The notes beneath the pieces were generated by a model, which was given only the letters and a program-made list of their open reading frames with translations, made no database searches and had not been told where the DNA came from. A stretch of 59,533 nucleotides of DNA, counting the filler, from Squatina squatina (taxonomy: Eukaryota): NCBI GenBank assembly GCA_031763465.1. It is 3 parts of 3 records of this genome, joined end to end, with 100 filler letters (N's around TTAATTAATTAA, not from the genome) between each part and the next. Parts side by side here need not be neighbours in the genome. Positions count along the whole stretch, not along the records: positions 21,753 to 39,104 come from JARFOE010000058.1; positions 39,205 to 59,533 come from JARFOE010000192.1; 1 more part is not named here. The stretch is one strand, 5' to 3'. A program made the translations under genes and the position numbers. Shown piece by piece: positions 35,386 to 48,600 of this stretch. The first letter of the stretch is position 1; every line of letters begins with the position of its first letter.

Positions 35386-36029
35386 AAGTGGTTTGGCTGG
35401 GTGATTTTGAGGCCTCCCCCACCGTACACTTGTTCATGACCTTGGATTTATAGGGGACTAGGATAATAAAGGCACAGGCAGATTCTATCNNNNNNNNNNN
35501 NNNNNNNNNNNNNNNNNNNNNNNNNNNNNNNNNNNNNNNNNNNNNNNNNNNNNNNNNNNNNNNNNNNNNNNNNNNNNNNNNNNNNNNNNGACAAAGGAAA
35601 ATCTTTTTTTTTTTTAAAACTAGAATACAATTTTTTCAGAAAAATACAACACCAAGGATTTGTTTCAACAGAACATTGCTGATAACTGCAGTCACAATGC
35701 TAATGTCCTGTATTATAAAAACATTTTCCTTTTTAAAAAAAAAGCACCGTCAGGGCTCAGTAGAGCTTCAAACAAACAGCAAAAACAATCTCATGATTGG
35801 ATACACTTCACTCATCTTTAATTTTCTTCTTTTTCTTCTTCTTCTTCTTCTCTGGGGTCTGTGAAAAGAAAATCAAAAATGTTAATTACTACACTTCTAT
35901 TATCATGTGTCCCCCTCCATAAGGGAGATTCCCATTTGTTTGCAACATATAATAGGAACTGAACGACAAAATGCCCTGCTCTCCTCCAAGACACTAACCT
36001 CACTTGGTGAGTGGTTCCACATCCAAGTC

Positions 36030-36345
36030 ATTACTCTTTACAAGTCACTCTAGATAGTGAGTGTCAACATATATTTGGATAGATCACACAAAACATATTC
36101 TCACTGGATGTCCATACACGTGTGCTTTCTTGCAAGGGTCACCAAAAAGTGATCAGGAGGGAACGATGGCAGATTTTGCCTCTTTCCCAATTCACTAACA
36201 CGGAGGCCAACTGTAGTATCGCTAACTGCAGCCCTGGCTGAGATCACTGAATTCAGTACTGTCCAGAAATGAAATCTGAGATCCTCAGGTATAGTTTAAC
36301 ACTACACCAATCAACGTCATTAACCATGAGACCTTCTAGGGTACA
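36030..36345 (-). mobile_element. AmnSINE2-like SINE, degenerate
   Basis: TAGATAGTGAGTGTCA...GTCCATACACGTGTGCTTTC...GTGATCAGGAG...GAGGCCAACTGTAG...GCCCTGGCTGAGATCA. Confidence 0.55.
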
Positions 36346-36819
36346 ATAGGTTCCATTTGGTTTCCTAGTCTCTCCTCTTCTGAAAGCATGGGCTTGTGTT
36401 GCACACTGTGAAGTACCAGAAAATTATGAAAATTTTATGTAATATTTTAAGCACTCCAAACATAAAATTGCAGTCATGAAGAGGTTATGGGAAATTCCAA
36501 GCTGCAACACAACTTCTACTTAATACACCCATCCCCCATACAACAGCGAGCTCCCAATACCAAGATATCATGATCATTCCATCGACACAATAAATTTTGT
36601 TTTGAAATGGATTCTCATTTATTGAAAACAGGCATTTCTGGATGGGAAGGCTTGAGATTCTTTAGAGTGTGAAAATGAAATGATAAAAAATGATTTACAA
36701 GAAAGTTGTGTGCATTAAATGGAAGTTCTTAAGAGCTTGGAAGTTCCCTCTAACTTAGATCTAGTTAAAGGAATTCCTTGTTTGGGCACAAAAGAAGTTC
36801 TGAAACAACTGACAAGTAA

Positions 36820-36914
36820 ACTGACAAGCTGGGTGGTAGTGTTAGCAGTGAGGAGGATGTTATGAGGCTGCAGGGTGACTTGGATAGGTTAGTTGAGTGG
36901 GCAGGTACATGGCA
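36820..36914 (+). mobile_element. CR1 RT fragment
   Basis: KLGGSVSSEEDVMRLQGDLDRLVEWAGTW; runs into a gap. Confidence 0.75.
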
Positions 36915-37014
36915 NNNNNNNNNNNNNNNNNNNNNNNNNNNNNNNNNNNNNNNNNNNNNNNNNNNNNNNNNNNNNNNNNNNNNNNNNNNNNNNNNNNNNN
37001 NNNNNNNNNNNNNN

Positions 37015-38431
37015 GAACTGTCTGCTTCAGCCTCAAACAGTTTCTGGGGAGAATGATAGTCAGTGGCTAGGGAATGGAGTTTGTGGTAGGGACTGAAGAC
37101 AATGGCTTTGATTTTCCCAATATTTAGTTGCAGGAAATTTCTGCCCCCAGTACTGGATGTTGGACAAGCACTCTGACAAATTAGAGATTTTGGAGGGGTT
37201 GAGAGTGGTGGTGGCGAGGTAGAGCTGGATGTTGTCAGTGTACATGTGGAACCTGACGTTATGTTTTCGGGTGATGTCGCCAAGGAGTAGTATGCAGATG
37301 AGAAATAGGAGGGGGCCCAGGATTTATCCTTGCGGGACACCAGAGGTAACGGTGCAGGAGTGGAAAGAGAAGCCATTGCAGGTGATTCTCTGGTCAATAA
37401 GGACAAGGAAGGATAGTTTACCACCGTCACACTGACATAGGATATCATTAGTGACTTTGATAAGAGCCATTTCACTACTGTGCAGGAGCGGAAACCTGAT
37501 TGGAGGGATTCAAACATGGAATTCCGGTAAAGATGGGCACGGATTAAGGATGTGACAGCACGTTCAAGGACGTTAGAGGGGAAAGAGAGGTTGGAGATGG
37601 GTCAGTAGTTTGCAAGGACAGAGGGGTCAAGTGTTTTTTATTAGGAGAGGGGTGATGACAGCAGATTTGAAGGGGAAGGGGACAGCACCTGAGGAGAGAG
37701 AACCATTAACAATATCAACCAAGCAGGGATGTTGGATGCGCAGCAGTTTGGTGGGAATAGGTTTGAGGACGCAGGAGGTATGCCTTGTGAACAACGTGAG
37801 CTCAGAGAAGGACATGAGGGGAGAGAGGAAAGAAACTAGAGAAAGATGCAAATTCAGAGCTAGGGCAGGGGGAAATCTTGGAGGCAGTTTGGTCTGGGGG
37901 GCTAGTAGATACAGCATAGGTAGCTGAATGGATGGTTTCCATCTTGGTGACAAAAGTCAGTGAGCTCCTCCCACTTATTAGAAGTGATGGGGGAGAGGTG
38001 TTAAGATAGTTTGCAGTGGAGAATAGAAGCCAGGGGTTATCTTTACATTCCAGGATGATTCTGGAATCGTGACTAGCTTTGGCAGACGAGAATCCAGTGG
38101 TGCTTTGTGGTCCAGCCAGACCTTGCGGTGAATGGCTAAATCAGTTGTCCAGCACAACTGTTCAAGTCTACGTCCCTTGGGCTTGAGTGACTGGAGATGA
38201 GGGCCATACTGTGGGAATGGCCAGTGTGAGAGCAATGGGGACTGGTGTATCAAAGGAGAGGCAAAGGTGTGCTTGAGCAGATCATTAGTTGCAGAAATGT
38301 CATGGTGAATGGAGGGCCAAAGGCTAGATAGTTAGGATTTTGAAAGCGCAGTTGTCAGTGAATTGGGAGAGAATTGTTCCAAGGGCAGACCTTTTTTAGG
38401 ATGTAGGGTTAGGAGGGGGAAGGGCTGAGAG
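37015..38431 (-). mobile_element. L2 LINE ORF2 fragment
   Basis: Antisense peptides SCVLKPIPTKLL...LVDIVNGSLSSGAVPFPFKSAVITPLLIK, MFESLQSGFRSC, MYTDNIQLYL (degenerate YADD), NFLQLNIGK; frameshifted. Confidence 0.9.
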
Positions 38432-38531
38432 NNNNNNNNNNNNNNNNNNNNNNNNNNNNNNNNNNNNNNNNNNNNNNNNNNNNNNNNNNNNNNNNNNNNN
38501 NNNNNNNNNNNNNNNNNNNNNNNNNNNNNNN

Positions 38532-39104
38532 TGGTTTGCAGTAAAGAAGCTGGGAGTTATCCTTGCAATCCAGAATGATCCTGGAATAGTGAGCGTTTTA
38601 GGCAGATGAGAGCAGGACCATTACGTGCATTATGTGGTCTAGGCAGATTTGGCGGTAAATGGCTAAATCAATTGTCCATCATATCTGTTGAGGTCTGCGT
38701 CCCTTGGACTTAACAGAGTGGAGATGAGGGCCGTACCAGGACAACAACCAGGGTGAGAGAGAGTAATGGTTTTAATAAGGACTAGGGCTTCAATGGTGGT
38801 GGTGAGGATGTGGTTGAGCAGATCGGTAGCTGCAGAAATGTCATGGTGAATGGAGGGCCACAGGCTAGAGAGTTGGGATTTTGTAAGTACAGTTGTAAGT
38901 GTGTTGGGAGAGATTATTCCAAAGATGGACACAGATGGAAGAAGGGTTGGGGTGGGGGAAGATGGGTATGGGTGGAGAGCGATACAAGGAATTGGTCAGA
39001 GATGACCTTATCTGTGATTGACACGATGGAAGTAGCAAGGCCACTTGACATGACAAGGCCAAGGGGGTGGCCATGAATATGGGTTGGGGAGTTTACATGG
39101 AGGG
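38532..39104 (-). mobile_element. L2 LINE fragment (second, diverged copy)
   Basis: SQLSSLWPSIHHDISAATDLLNH and GHPLGLVMSSGL; 38532-38940 parallels 38010-38400 with many substitutions. Confidence 0.85.
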
Positions 39105-39204
39105 NNNNNNNNNNNNNNNNNNNNNNNNNNNNNNNNNNNNNNNNNNNNTTAATTAATTAANNNNNNNNNNNNNNNNNNNNNNNNNNNNNNNNNNNNNNNN
39201 NNNN
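39105..39204. other. Artificial scaffold linker (44N + TTAATTAATTAA + 44N)
   Basis: 12-mer at 39149-39160; same structure as 21653-21752. Confidence 0.95.
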
Positions 39205-39279
39205 CAGGTTTGGGAGGTTCGGTCAAAGTATAAAATGACAGAGCACCTGTTTTCCGCCACATACCTAATTTCAACAAAT

Positions 39280-39422
39280 TTTCAAGACTGAGATCAACAA
39301 TCTTTTATTGGGTAAGGGTATTGAGGAATATGGATCAAGGGCAGGTAAATGGGAGTTGAGGGACAGACCATGATCTATTTGAATGGCAGAATAGGCTCAA
39401 GGGGCTGAGTGGCCTGTTCCTA
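39280..39422 (+). mobile_element. CR1 LINE 3' tail
   Basis: TTCAAGACTGAGATC...GGGTAAGGGTATTGAGG...CCATGATCTATTTGAATGGCAGAATAGGCTCAAGGGGCTGAGTGGCCT. Confidence 0.75.
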
Positions 39423-39728
39423 AAACATATTTGTACCAGGTTAGGTTTTGAAAATTAGTCCATTTATTTATGGTAAACATTAGTTTTACTTTACCATACA
39501 ATCTCTTTTTCAGCTTATATTTTGACTGGGTATTGAAGGAGTGCCACAATTTTCCTCCACTTTGCTTTACATTGGGTGTTTTTGTGAGCATTGATCAATT
39601 TCCAACTGCTTTTGTCTAAATTAGAAAAAAACTTTGGGCAGTATTAGATTGATGCTTTACTTTTTATTCGTTACAAATTATGTGTTACAAATGTAATGCA
39701 TTTACCTGCTTCTATTTCCTTTCGATAG

Positions 39729-40527
39729 ATTCTGATAGCACTTCGGAGGATTCCGGGAAAGATAAGCAGAAAGAGAGGCCGTCCTGTAACTCTGTCCGTG
39801 GAAGTACTACAAGGCCAACTGCTCAGGTCGCTCCAGTGCAGAGCGAGAACTGTACCCTTCCAGGGAATCCGCCTGCCCCTTTGCTTCCTCGCATTCCTTT
39901 AATGCCTCCCATACACTACATGATGCAAAACGGTGGAAAGAAGCCAGACTATGTTGCTCCTGTAGACGCCAAAACTGTTGGGATGATTGTCACTGTCCCT
40001 CCCGCGGCCGTCTCTCTTCGGGATTCTTCGCACGTAACGTCAGTTGGCGCTGCTGAACCAGGGAAGAGACTGGATCTGATCCCCTCGCCTCTGTCGGTGG
40101 CAACGCCTTTCCTCCTGCAGGCTGCTAGTCCTGCTCTGCATCCCATGGTGCACAGACACAAAATGACGGCACCGCAAATGAACCTGGAGAACTGCCGTGT
40201 TCCGGGACCCCAGCCACCAGCAGGCTCTGTGAACATCGGATCAGCCAACACTGCTTTCATCCCTGTTCACAGCCACTCTCCATCCGGGAAACTTCCAGCA
40301 CCCTCTGCTTTAGATCCCACTGCGAAACCTTCAACGCAGAACGTAGTAGGACTGAACGCCTTGTTGCCTCAGGCTGACGGAAATCTTGGAACGGTGCCTG
40401 AGTCCGCCAGTTTAAAAGTAATGCTTCCTGCTGCTGGCCTGCCCCCACCACAGGGCTCGTACAACTTGAGTGGAAATCCGGCTAGTGTTTTGCCTTTGCC
40501 AGGCGCGGCAACCTCTCCGTCTCCTGT
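39729..40527 (+). CDS. ZCCHC2: ZCCHC2 large Pro/Ser-rich penultimate coding exon (3' part, including the zinc knuckle, lost in gap)
   Basis: Acceptor tttcgatag|. Peptide DSDSTSEDSG...DAKTVGM...NTAFIPVH...VVGLNALLPQADGNLGTVP...KVMLPAAGL...AATSP is collinear with remembered human ZCCHC2; PHLPP1 lies downstream. Confidence 0.85.
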
Positions 40528-42339
40528 NNNNNNNNNNNNNNNNNNNNNNNNNNNNNNNNNNNNNNNNNNNNNNNNNNNNNNNNNNNNNNNNNNNNNNNNN
40601 NNNNNNNNNNNNNNNNNNNNNNNNNNNTGACGGTAATGAAAGTTTGAACTGGGTTTTACAAGCGACGAGGCTATGCTATGTTGTTGATTGAACCAGAGTT
40701 TGTTGTGTTCTTATTCCATCTCGCATGTTGGGTTTTCACAGGCAGGCTGTCGGCCAGGCAAGACCTGCACAGACCAGAAGGTGGATCTGAAACGGAGTGA
40801 ATTAGGTGGTTGGAGGTAGCCTTAATTGGGGTGAAGTCATTTTTTTGCAGGAATGGACTTGGATGCTTGTTTTTGGAGAGCTGCCTTGGTTTTTCCAATT
40901 GTTCAGTAGTGGGTCATGTCTGCAGGAAATGCAATGATTAAAAACATGTACTGTACCAAGATCTGTTATGGTTAAGTGAGGTGCTGAGCAAAATGCTGTT
41001 TTTATTGCCCATTAATGGGACAGAAGTGTGTTGGGGAGAAGGTGGGGGCGCAGCAGATGTTAAAATAATTTCTCAGATCATTGTGTGTGTTACCCCCTGG
41101 TCTTTTTTGATATATACCAGCAGCAAATTGTTTTTAGGCTGAAGCAGGTGCTCTAAAACTAAGTGCCTGCCCTCTGAGAAAATACCTTCCACCTCTGGAG
41201 CTACTCAACAAAGCAAAAGAAGGAATTAAAAAATACCATATTTTCCAAATGCACCAGACATTAAAACATTTTTTGAAAAAATCTGCAAAGCCTAGGACAA
41301 GGGGCACTTGTGCAGAACCTTTCTATTTGAGGCTGCTAGGCATATGGTGCATGTCTGCACAAAATTTCAGAATTAACCCAGTCGAGTCTCTTGTACAAGG
41401 CACATTAATGAGAAAACAAATGGAGTTTTAAAATGACATTGCCTTTCCAAAAGCAGAGGTTCAGGTTAGCTAATATATAATACTTGATGTTTTAACCTAG
41501 CTATTGATTTAGCCTTTTTTTTACTGGGGACAGCTGCAGTCCTCCTGTACGTAACCTATTCTTTGTCTGAACCTCCGAACTATGGAACTCCTTGCCTCCC
41601 TTAATCTTCATACTACAAATTTCAGGTATTTAAAATTCACCGAACCACTGCTTCCTGATTACTGCCATGTTTACTGCTTTACTGCCTTCATCTTTAGTGT
41701 AATTAACTGTGAGCCCTGGCCCTTCACTTTAGTTTCTCAATTTAAAACAGAACTGGGAGCATCTGTGTGGTTCTTGCTCTTGACTGGACCACCGTGTAGA
41801 GGATGAGCAGAATAAACTCTCTGCTGCCTCTCGGGCACGATCCAGATGCCATCTCTCTCTCTCTTTCATTGCACAAGAGTAAGAAATCCTACCACAATCT
41901 TGACGAGTGAAAGTGAGGGATGATTGACAGGCATTTGGACCAGTTGAAAACAGAAGATCTGTGGATGGGTTGAAGTTTGGCACAGGTATCATTTGGTTCT
42001 TCAACCAGGCCACAGTGAGGCCATTTTTTAAAAGCTTTTTTTCTCACTGTGAAATAGAAAGTGAGAGCTATTTGACCTCCATCGTTTCCACCACCCCAAA
42101 ATACATGGTCCTTTACCTTGTAAACCATTTGGACAAAGTAGTAGTTTGGCAGTCTTATCGATACCCTATTGCAATGTAATGTATGAACTATATGGCAAGG
42201 TATAATTGATGGCAGTGAAAACTTTCTCTGCAGATTAAGGACCTGGCTTTTGCAGTGTTCTTCTGTGTATCTTGTAATCAATGTTTGGATCATGCTGCAG
42301 TGGTCTTTTAATAAAACCAGTTTTTTTCTCACTTTCCAG

Positions 42340-42392
42340 GTGCCTACAAATTAAAGTTTGCTCCGCCTCATGATTTGGATTCCGCTGACTAA
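42340..42392 (+). CDS. ZCCHC2: ZCCHC2 final coding exon
   Basis: Strong acceptor tttttttctcactttccag| then (G)AYKLKFAPPHDLDSAD*; the human C-terminus, from memory, is [22 protein letters not shown]. Not in the ORF track. Confidence 0.82.
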
Positions 42393-43654
42393 GCTAGAAA
42401 GACTATATCAACTTAGCAATGAGCCTGAATACGTGGGTCTGACCCTAACCATACACTTGATGCTCTGTTTGTCCAGCAACAATGGTTTTCTCCATTAGAT
42501 TGGGATTAGTACATGGTCACTGAAGTCTGGGTTGTCTTGAACTTATTGTGGCATTTTCTTTTCACGTGTCTTGACCGACTTTGGCTGCAGTGTTCATGAA
42601 GCCAACAGAGCAGTCTGTGATGACCTAGAAATGCTCACAATATTGACCTCTAGTTTTTTGCACTGATGAATGTATTGTGGCACGTGCAATGTTTGCTGTT
42701 TGTTTGTAATTTATGGCAGTGTTTGAGAACTGACCTGTCCGATAAAAGACTCTGGGCTGGAATGAGCAGACTGGTTGCCGGTTGAAACGCTAGGTCACAT
42801 CGTCACATCTTGCATCATGGTACATCTGTCCACGTCAAATTGTCTTCAAATTCTGAGTCTCAGTTGCCTTTCTGTTAAATGTTTTCTTTTCTCTTTCAGT
42901 TGATGTAGAAACCACTCTGCTTTCAAAAGTAGCTACATGAATTTACAGTACTTCTTGGCATAGTGGATAAAAGAGTAAATTTAGACATTGATGTAGGTAA
43001 TGCCTTTTATATTGATTTTTTGAAGAAAGCTTTGAAAAATTATGAGTGCCTGTATTAATCTAGATAAAAATAGCAGGAAAAACACAATCTTCAGAATGTT
43101 GTCTGGTTAGTTTTTTTCAGTAAACTTTATTTTAAAAAAAAAAAGATTTTAAAGCATTTTTATTTAGAGCAGCTAATTCCTTTCGTTACCTTAATTTTTG
43201 CTGGTGATATTTATTACGACTGTTTAAATTTGACGAAAGTGTGAATGTTTTTTCTTTATTCGTCCTTGGGTAGAACCATTGATGAATAGCCACAACCGTT
43301 TTGAGTCCCATCTTTATACTGTACCATAAACTTGTATTGGACATTACTTGATTTTTAAACAAAAAAAGACAGCTCTAAGCTGAAACTGCTATCGTGGCAG
43401 TGTTTACTGGGATTTTTAGAATGTAAAACAAATGTTATTTTACTCCTACACAAAGTTTACGAGTCTCCCTAATGAAAAACAAAACAACCACTGTTAGATA
43501 TTTATTGTAGGTAGCGTAATCTCTGCAGATTTGACGTGGTAGTGAATTCACCATTTCACATGCATTTGCCACTACTATAATGTGAAGACTGATGCTCGAT
43601 ATTTGTAGATGGTATTAATCATGTCGGCGTTGTCACTAATTTATGCTGCTTTTT
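42393..43654 (+). other. ZCCHC2: Probable ZCCHC2 3' UTR (end not visible)
   Basis: Repeat-free, U-rich sequence directly after the stop codon; no clear poly(A) signal before the gap. Confidence 0.5.
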
Positions 43655-45403
43655 NNNNNNNNNNNNNNNNNNNNNNNNNNNNNNNNNNNNNNNNNNNNNN
43701 NNNNNNNNNNNNNNNNNNNNNNNNNNNNNNNNNNNNNNNNNNNNNNNNNNNNNNNNNNNNNNNNNNNNNNNNNNNNNNNNNNNNNNNNNNNNNNNNNNNN
43801 NNNNNNNNNNNNNNNNNNNNNNNNNNNNNNNNNNNNNNNNNNNNNNNNNNNNNNNNNNNNNNNNNNNNNNNNNNNNNNNNNNNNNNNNNNNNNNNNNNNN
43901 NNNNNNNNNNNNNNNNNNNNNNNNNNNNNNNNNNNNNNNNNNNNNNNNNNNNNNNNNNNNNNNNNNNNNNNNNNNNNNNNNNNNNNNNNNNNNNNNNNNN
44001 NNNNNNNNNNNNNNNNNNNNNNNNNNNNNNNNNNNNNNNNNNNNNNNNNNNNNNNNNNNNNNNNNNNNNNNNNNNNNNNNNNNNNNNNNNNNNNNNNNNN
44101 NNNNNNNNNNNNNNNNNNNNNNNNNNNNNNNNNNNNNNNNNNNNNNNNNNNNNNNNNNNNNNNNNNNNNNNNNNNNNNNNNNNNNNNNNNNNNNNNNNNN
44201 NNNNNNNNNNNNNNNNNNNNNNNNNNNNNNNNNNNNNNNNNNNNNNNNNNNNNNNNNNNNNNNNNNNNNNNNNNNNNNNNNNNNNNNNNNNNNNNNNNNN
44301 NNNNNNNNNNNNNNNNNNNNNNNNNNNNNNNNNNNNNNNNNNNNNNNNNNNNNNNNNNNNNNNNNNNNNNNNNNNNNNNNNNNNNNNNNNNNNNNNNNNN
44401 NNNNNNNNNNNNNNNNNNNNNNNNNNNNNNNNNNNNNNNNNNNNNNNNNNNNNNNNNNNNNNNNNNNNNNNNNNNNNNNNNNNNNNNNNNNNNNNNNNNN
44501 NNNNNNNNNNNNNNNNNNNNNNNNNNNNNNNNNNNNNNNNNNNNNNNNNNNNNNNNNNTTCCCCTGAATTAACAGCAATAAAAATTATACAAATCTTTTA
44601 TTACTGTTTCCGCTCATTTTAAGCACTGTTCTTGTACATCTTGCACACAAATCCAACCAGAATTATTTTCATGTTCTGTCCAGTAGCTCCATTAATAAAA
44701 TCCTCAACCACACGAGGGTAGTCTTTGAATCCCCAACCTGGGTTGACATTTAAGCTCGCTGCTCCAATTGGCAGTTTTGCTAGTTCCAATTTGACGCTCT
44801 GTCAACAGCAGAGATGTTTTCTGGGACTAGGTACATCTTTCTAGATCATGTATTACCTTGATGGTAACCATGACTGTGACCATACCATACCACTTTTTCA
44901 AAAGAAAAGGCACAGCTTGTACAAGTGATATTCTTCCCATTATCCATGTACTCAATATTTTGATTACCACTAATTTTCTTTTTCATGGTAAGATTATACT
45001 GAGGTCTTCCGATTAACTGATTTTGTCCTTGATTGTTGGTCCTCATAACTCAAACACAAGTGGTCGCAAGTGTGTGGGCCTTGTTCAGGGGAAACTATTT
45101 GCTCTTCTGAGGGTGGTCACTTGTGCCTGCTACATGACTAGTTGCACTTGCATCTTACCGAAGTAACTACTGTGGTGTGCCTACGATTTGGCGAGTGTTG
45201 TTGAGACCAAGTTCAGTGGTGGATGGAGAGACTTTTCTTATAGTCACCCTCTTATCAAAAACTGGTTGAACCATANNNNNNNNNNNNNNNNNNNNNNNNN
45301 NNNNNNNNNNNNNNNNNNNNNNNNNNNNNNNNNNNNNNNNNNNNNNNNNNNNNNNNNNNNNNNNNNNNNNNNNNNTGAGTGCCAATGTTTTTATATTAGA
45401 ACG

Positions 45404-45656
45404 TAACATAAGAAATAGAAATAGGAGCAGGAGCAGGTCACACAGCCCCTTGAGCCTGCTCTGCCATTTACTAAGATCATGGCTGAACTTCTACATCAAC
45501 TCCACTTTCTCGCCCTATTCCTGTATCCCTTGATTCCCTTAGTGCCCAAGAATCTATTAACCTCAGTCTTGAATATATTCAATGACTGAGCATCCACAGC
45601 CCTCGGGTAGAGAATTCCAAAGATTCACAACCCTCTGGGTGAAGAAATTCCTCCTC
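45404..45656 (-). mobile_element. CR1 LINE 3' end
   Basis: Antisense RRNFFTQRVVNLWNSLP plus tail AACATAAGAAATAG...GGAGCAGGAG. Confidence 0.88.
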
Positions 45657-48600
45657 TTACATGTCACTGTCAAGGTTTTAAAAGGGAAATAGCACTGATA
45701 GAAAGGCACAAGTGAGTTACTTGTATTTTGTTGTCCTGCTAGAGAATTAAAACCATAATCACATCCACAATGGAGCATTATGTTCCTCTCATTACATGCT
45801 TTTTATTTGGCCGTGTTGCCCCCCTTATGTTTGTGTAGTTGGATTGACATTCAAGAGTGCTTCAAATGTATTTGTTTTTAAGTGTATAATGCTGTTTCTG
45901 TTAAGGGTTTAAACAATGCAGTGAGACTGCTTGACTCGCTTCCTGAATGTGCTGCACAAAAGGTGCGAGTGCTGGGGGTTGCTGACTACACTGGTGACTA
46001 TTATGGGCTTTATCATCACTACAGATGGTTCTTCAGGAATATAAAATAATACTTCCACCCACATGATCAGCGGTCTTTTGTTTTGCATGAAAACATGATC
46101 GTGTCCCTTGAATTAGTATCAGAATAATTTTCAATATCTTTAATTTGTGCCACATCTGACATACATAAGCACATTAATTGCTGTGCTTAAGACATATAAT
46201 GTATATTATTGAACTGTCTTTTCTTAGTTTGATTTTTTTTGCATGTAAAAGGAACATCCATGTTCACGAGAGTAAGACCTATAAATGCACCAGTGGGACT
46301 GTATAAATGCAAGTTGTTTAATACTGTGATCAATCTGTGGAATTTGCAAAGTGCTGTGAGGAATTCTGTGATAAAAAGCACAATAAGGAAGCTGTTCATC
46401 TGAACACCATTTATCCAAATCAGTTCAAAATATTTGAGTGATTTTATGTAATCCTCACATGTAATCATGAAACTTATTTTTTTTCAAGAATGCCAAAAGT
46501 AGATGTTGCATTAGTGTGCAGATGCTAAAATGAAANNNNNNNNNNNNNNNNNNNNNNNNNNNNNNNNNNNNNNNNNNNNNNNNNNNNNNNNNNNNNNNNN
46601 NNNNNNNNNNNNNNNNNNNNNNNNNNNNNNNNNNNTGAGGTGGGTGGGGAGGTGGGAAAGAGGTGGGGACAGTAGAAACCACTTTCAACCATAACAGGCT
46701 TGAGTTGATGGTATCAGTATAGAAGGAAAACAAACAATACTGTGAAAGCCAGCCAGTGAAACCAAGTTAGAATTCTAACAAGATGACTCTACCACAATTG
46801 TTTGAACAGTTTTCCTCCGGATGTTGTTCATTATAACATTTAAAATAAGCAGAATCCATTCATCAACTTGAACATGGTTGAAGATGTGAATTCCTCTAAT
46901 TTAGTGGCAGGACTGGGCTTGAATTTAATGCATTCACAGAGCTCTGCACTGGCTTCCTGACTTGCCAAGGTCTATTCACAATGCAATGAACACAGGAAGT
47001 TCTTGCATTCATTGGGAAANNNNNNNNNNTTGACCTCTGACTTGCTACAGTATGTCTTTAAAATGATAACTGTTATGAGCATAGTTGTTAAGGTGCCCTG
47101 ACCATGGTTTGAAATGTTGAGGCCTTATGTCGACAGTGAAAGGTTTTGCATAAATACTCCCTAAATCCCAAAGGAATTCAAGAAAAACAGTAGGCTATCC
47201 ATCTCCACACCTTCTCATTGTATACCCCTGGCTTCTGCCATTTACAGAAAACGCTGCTTCCCCTCTCCCCTGACCCCAGTGTGTAGTATTTGAACATTTC
47301 AAGCTATATACTCTTTGCTCAGGTCTCTCGTCCTAATCTTATCCAGATGTTTATGCAGCTCCTCTTTGAGTAGGATAATTGACACATTAACTGCTTTAAC
47401 ATATCCACAACTCTCTTTCACCTAACACACTTCTTCATGAAAAACTTACAGCTGAAATATGGCAAATAAAACAACTTACTTTCTGGACTGAGTATTACAG
47501 TTTTAAATTACAACATTATCAAAAAGGGTAAACTATCTATGGATCATGTGATTACTTAATAAACTCTTTGATCCTTGACTTACTGAAAGCAAATCCATCC
47601 TTTTTAACCTTGTAAAAAGAATGAGAAAAGGCCAAAAGAATTGGCAGTGGTGCCCTGAAGCACAACTCAAAGAGCAGATGTGCCGATTCCATCTGGGTGA
47701 TATTTAACTCTTTCACCTGGTATAGCAACATTAATCATTGTTAAGTAATCTACATAAACATTGATGTTTACCAAAATGAAATAGTCCAGCATTGTCCATC
47801 CTTTATCGCCATGCTTTTTTAATCGATTCTGTATTATGTACAACATTGTGGGTGAGAAGATGTCTTAGCAACTTGATCCCAGATTTCNNNNNNNNNNNNN
47901 NNNNNNNNNNNNNNNNNNNNNNNNNNNNNNNNNNNNNNNNNNNNNNNNNNNNNNNNNNNNNNNNNNNNNNNNNNNNNNNNNNNNNNNAGCTTTTTCTGAA
48001 TTTTTGCAGAATCACAGTGCTGGTAGAGTAAAATGCTGCTCATTTACATACAAGAAAAATGAAAATGAGAGAAAAGTTGGTGGCTGATTTGTATCAGAAA
48101 GGGGATGTAAACATTGGTGAAACTTATACTTCAGATGGCGAATCAGTGATTGGAGCTAGACCAGCAAATTGCAGAGGCGAAGTGCTTACCTGTTACAGGG
48201 AAAAGTCACAGGTGTTTGTTCGCCCCTTTCTCTTTCACCTTCCACCATAGTTAGCCACAGAGTAGCAATGGAGCACGTCCTGGGGATAACTGTTACCAAC
48301 CATGTAGCCTCTCGGCCACAGTGCGAGGGTGTAAAAGAGAAAATATTAATTAAAATAACCTACTTGCCCCAGCACAATGTTGTCCATTATAGCTACTTAA
48401 TTCTTTTGTAATGACCCAAACCTCTAATTACTTGAAACTTACTTGAGCATTTCCACGCAGTGCCAGTGTCTATTCAGACATAACTATGAATTGTACGGAG
48501 GGAATATTCAGCAGTATACTCGCTGAGGATGCGGCATTTCTTTTTACAGTCCACTGAATCAAAATAATCACAGGCTTGTACTTCTACTCAAAGTAACTTC

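Noticed and set aside
38010-38940. Local tandem or segmental duplication across the 38432-38531 gap
   Set aside because: The two segments differ at many positions and are both L2 ORF2; independent L2 copies are a simpler explanation.
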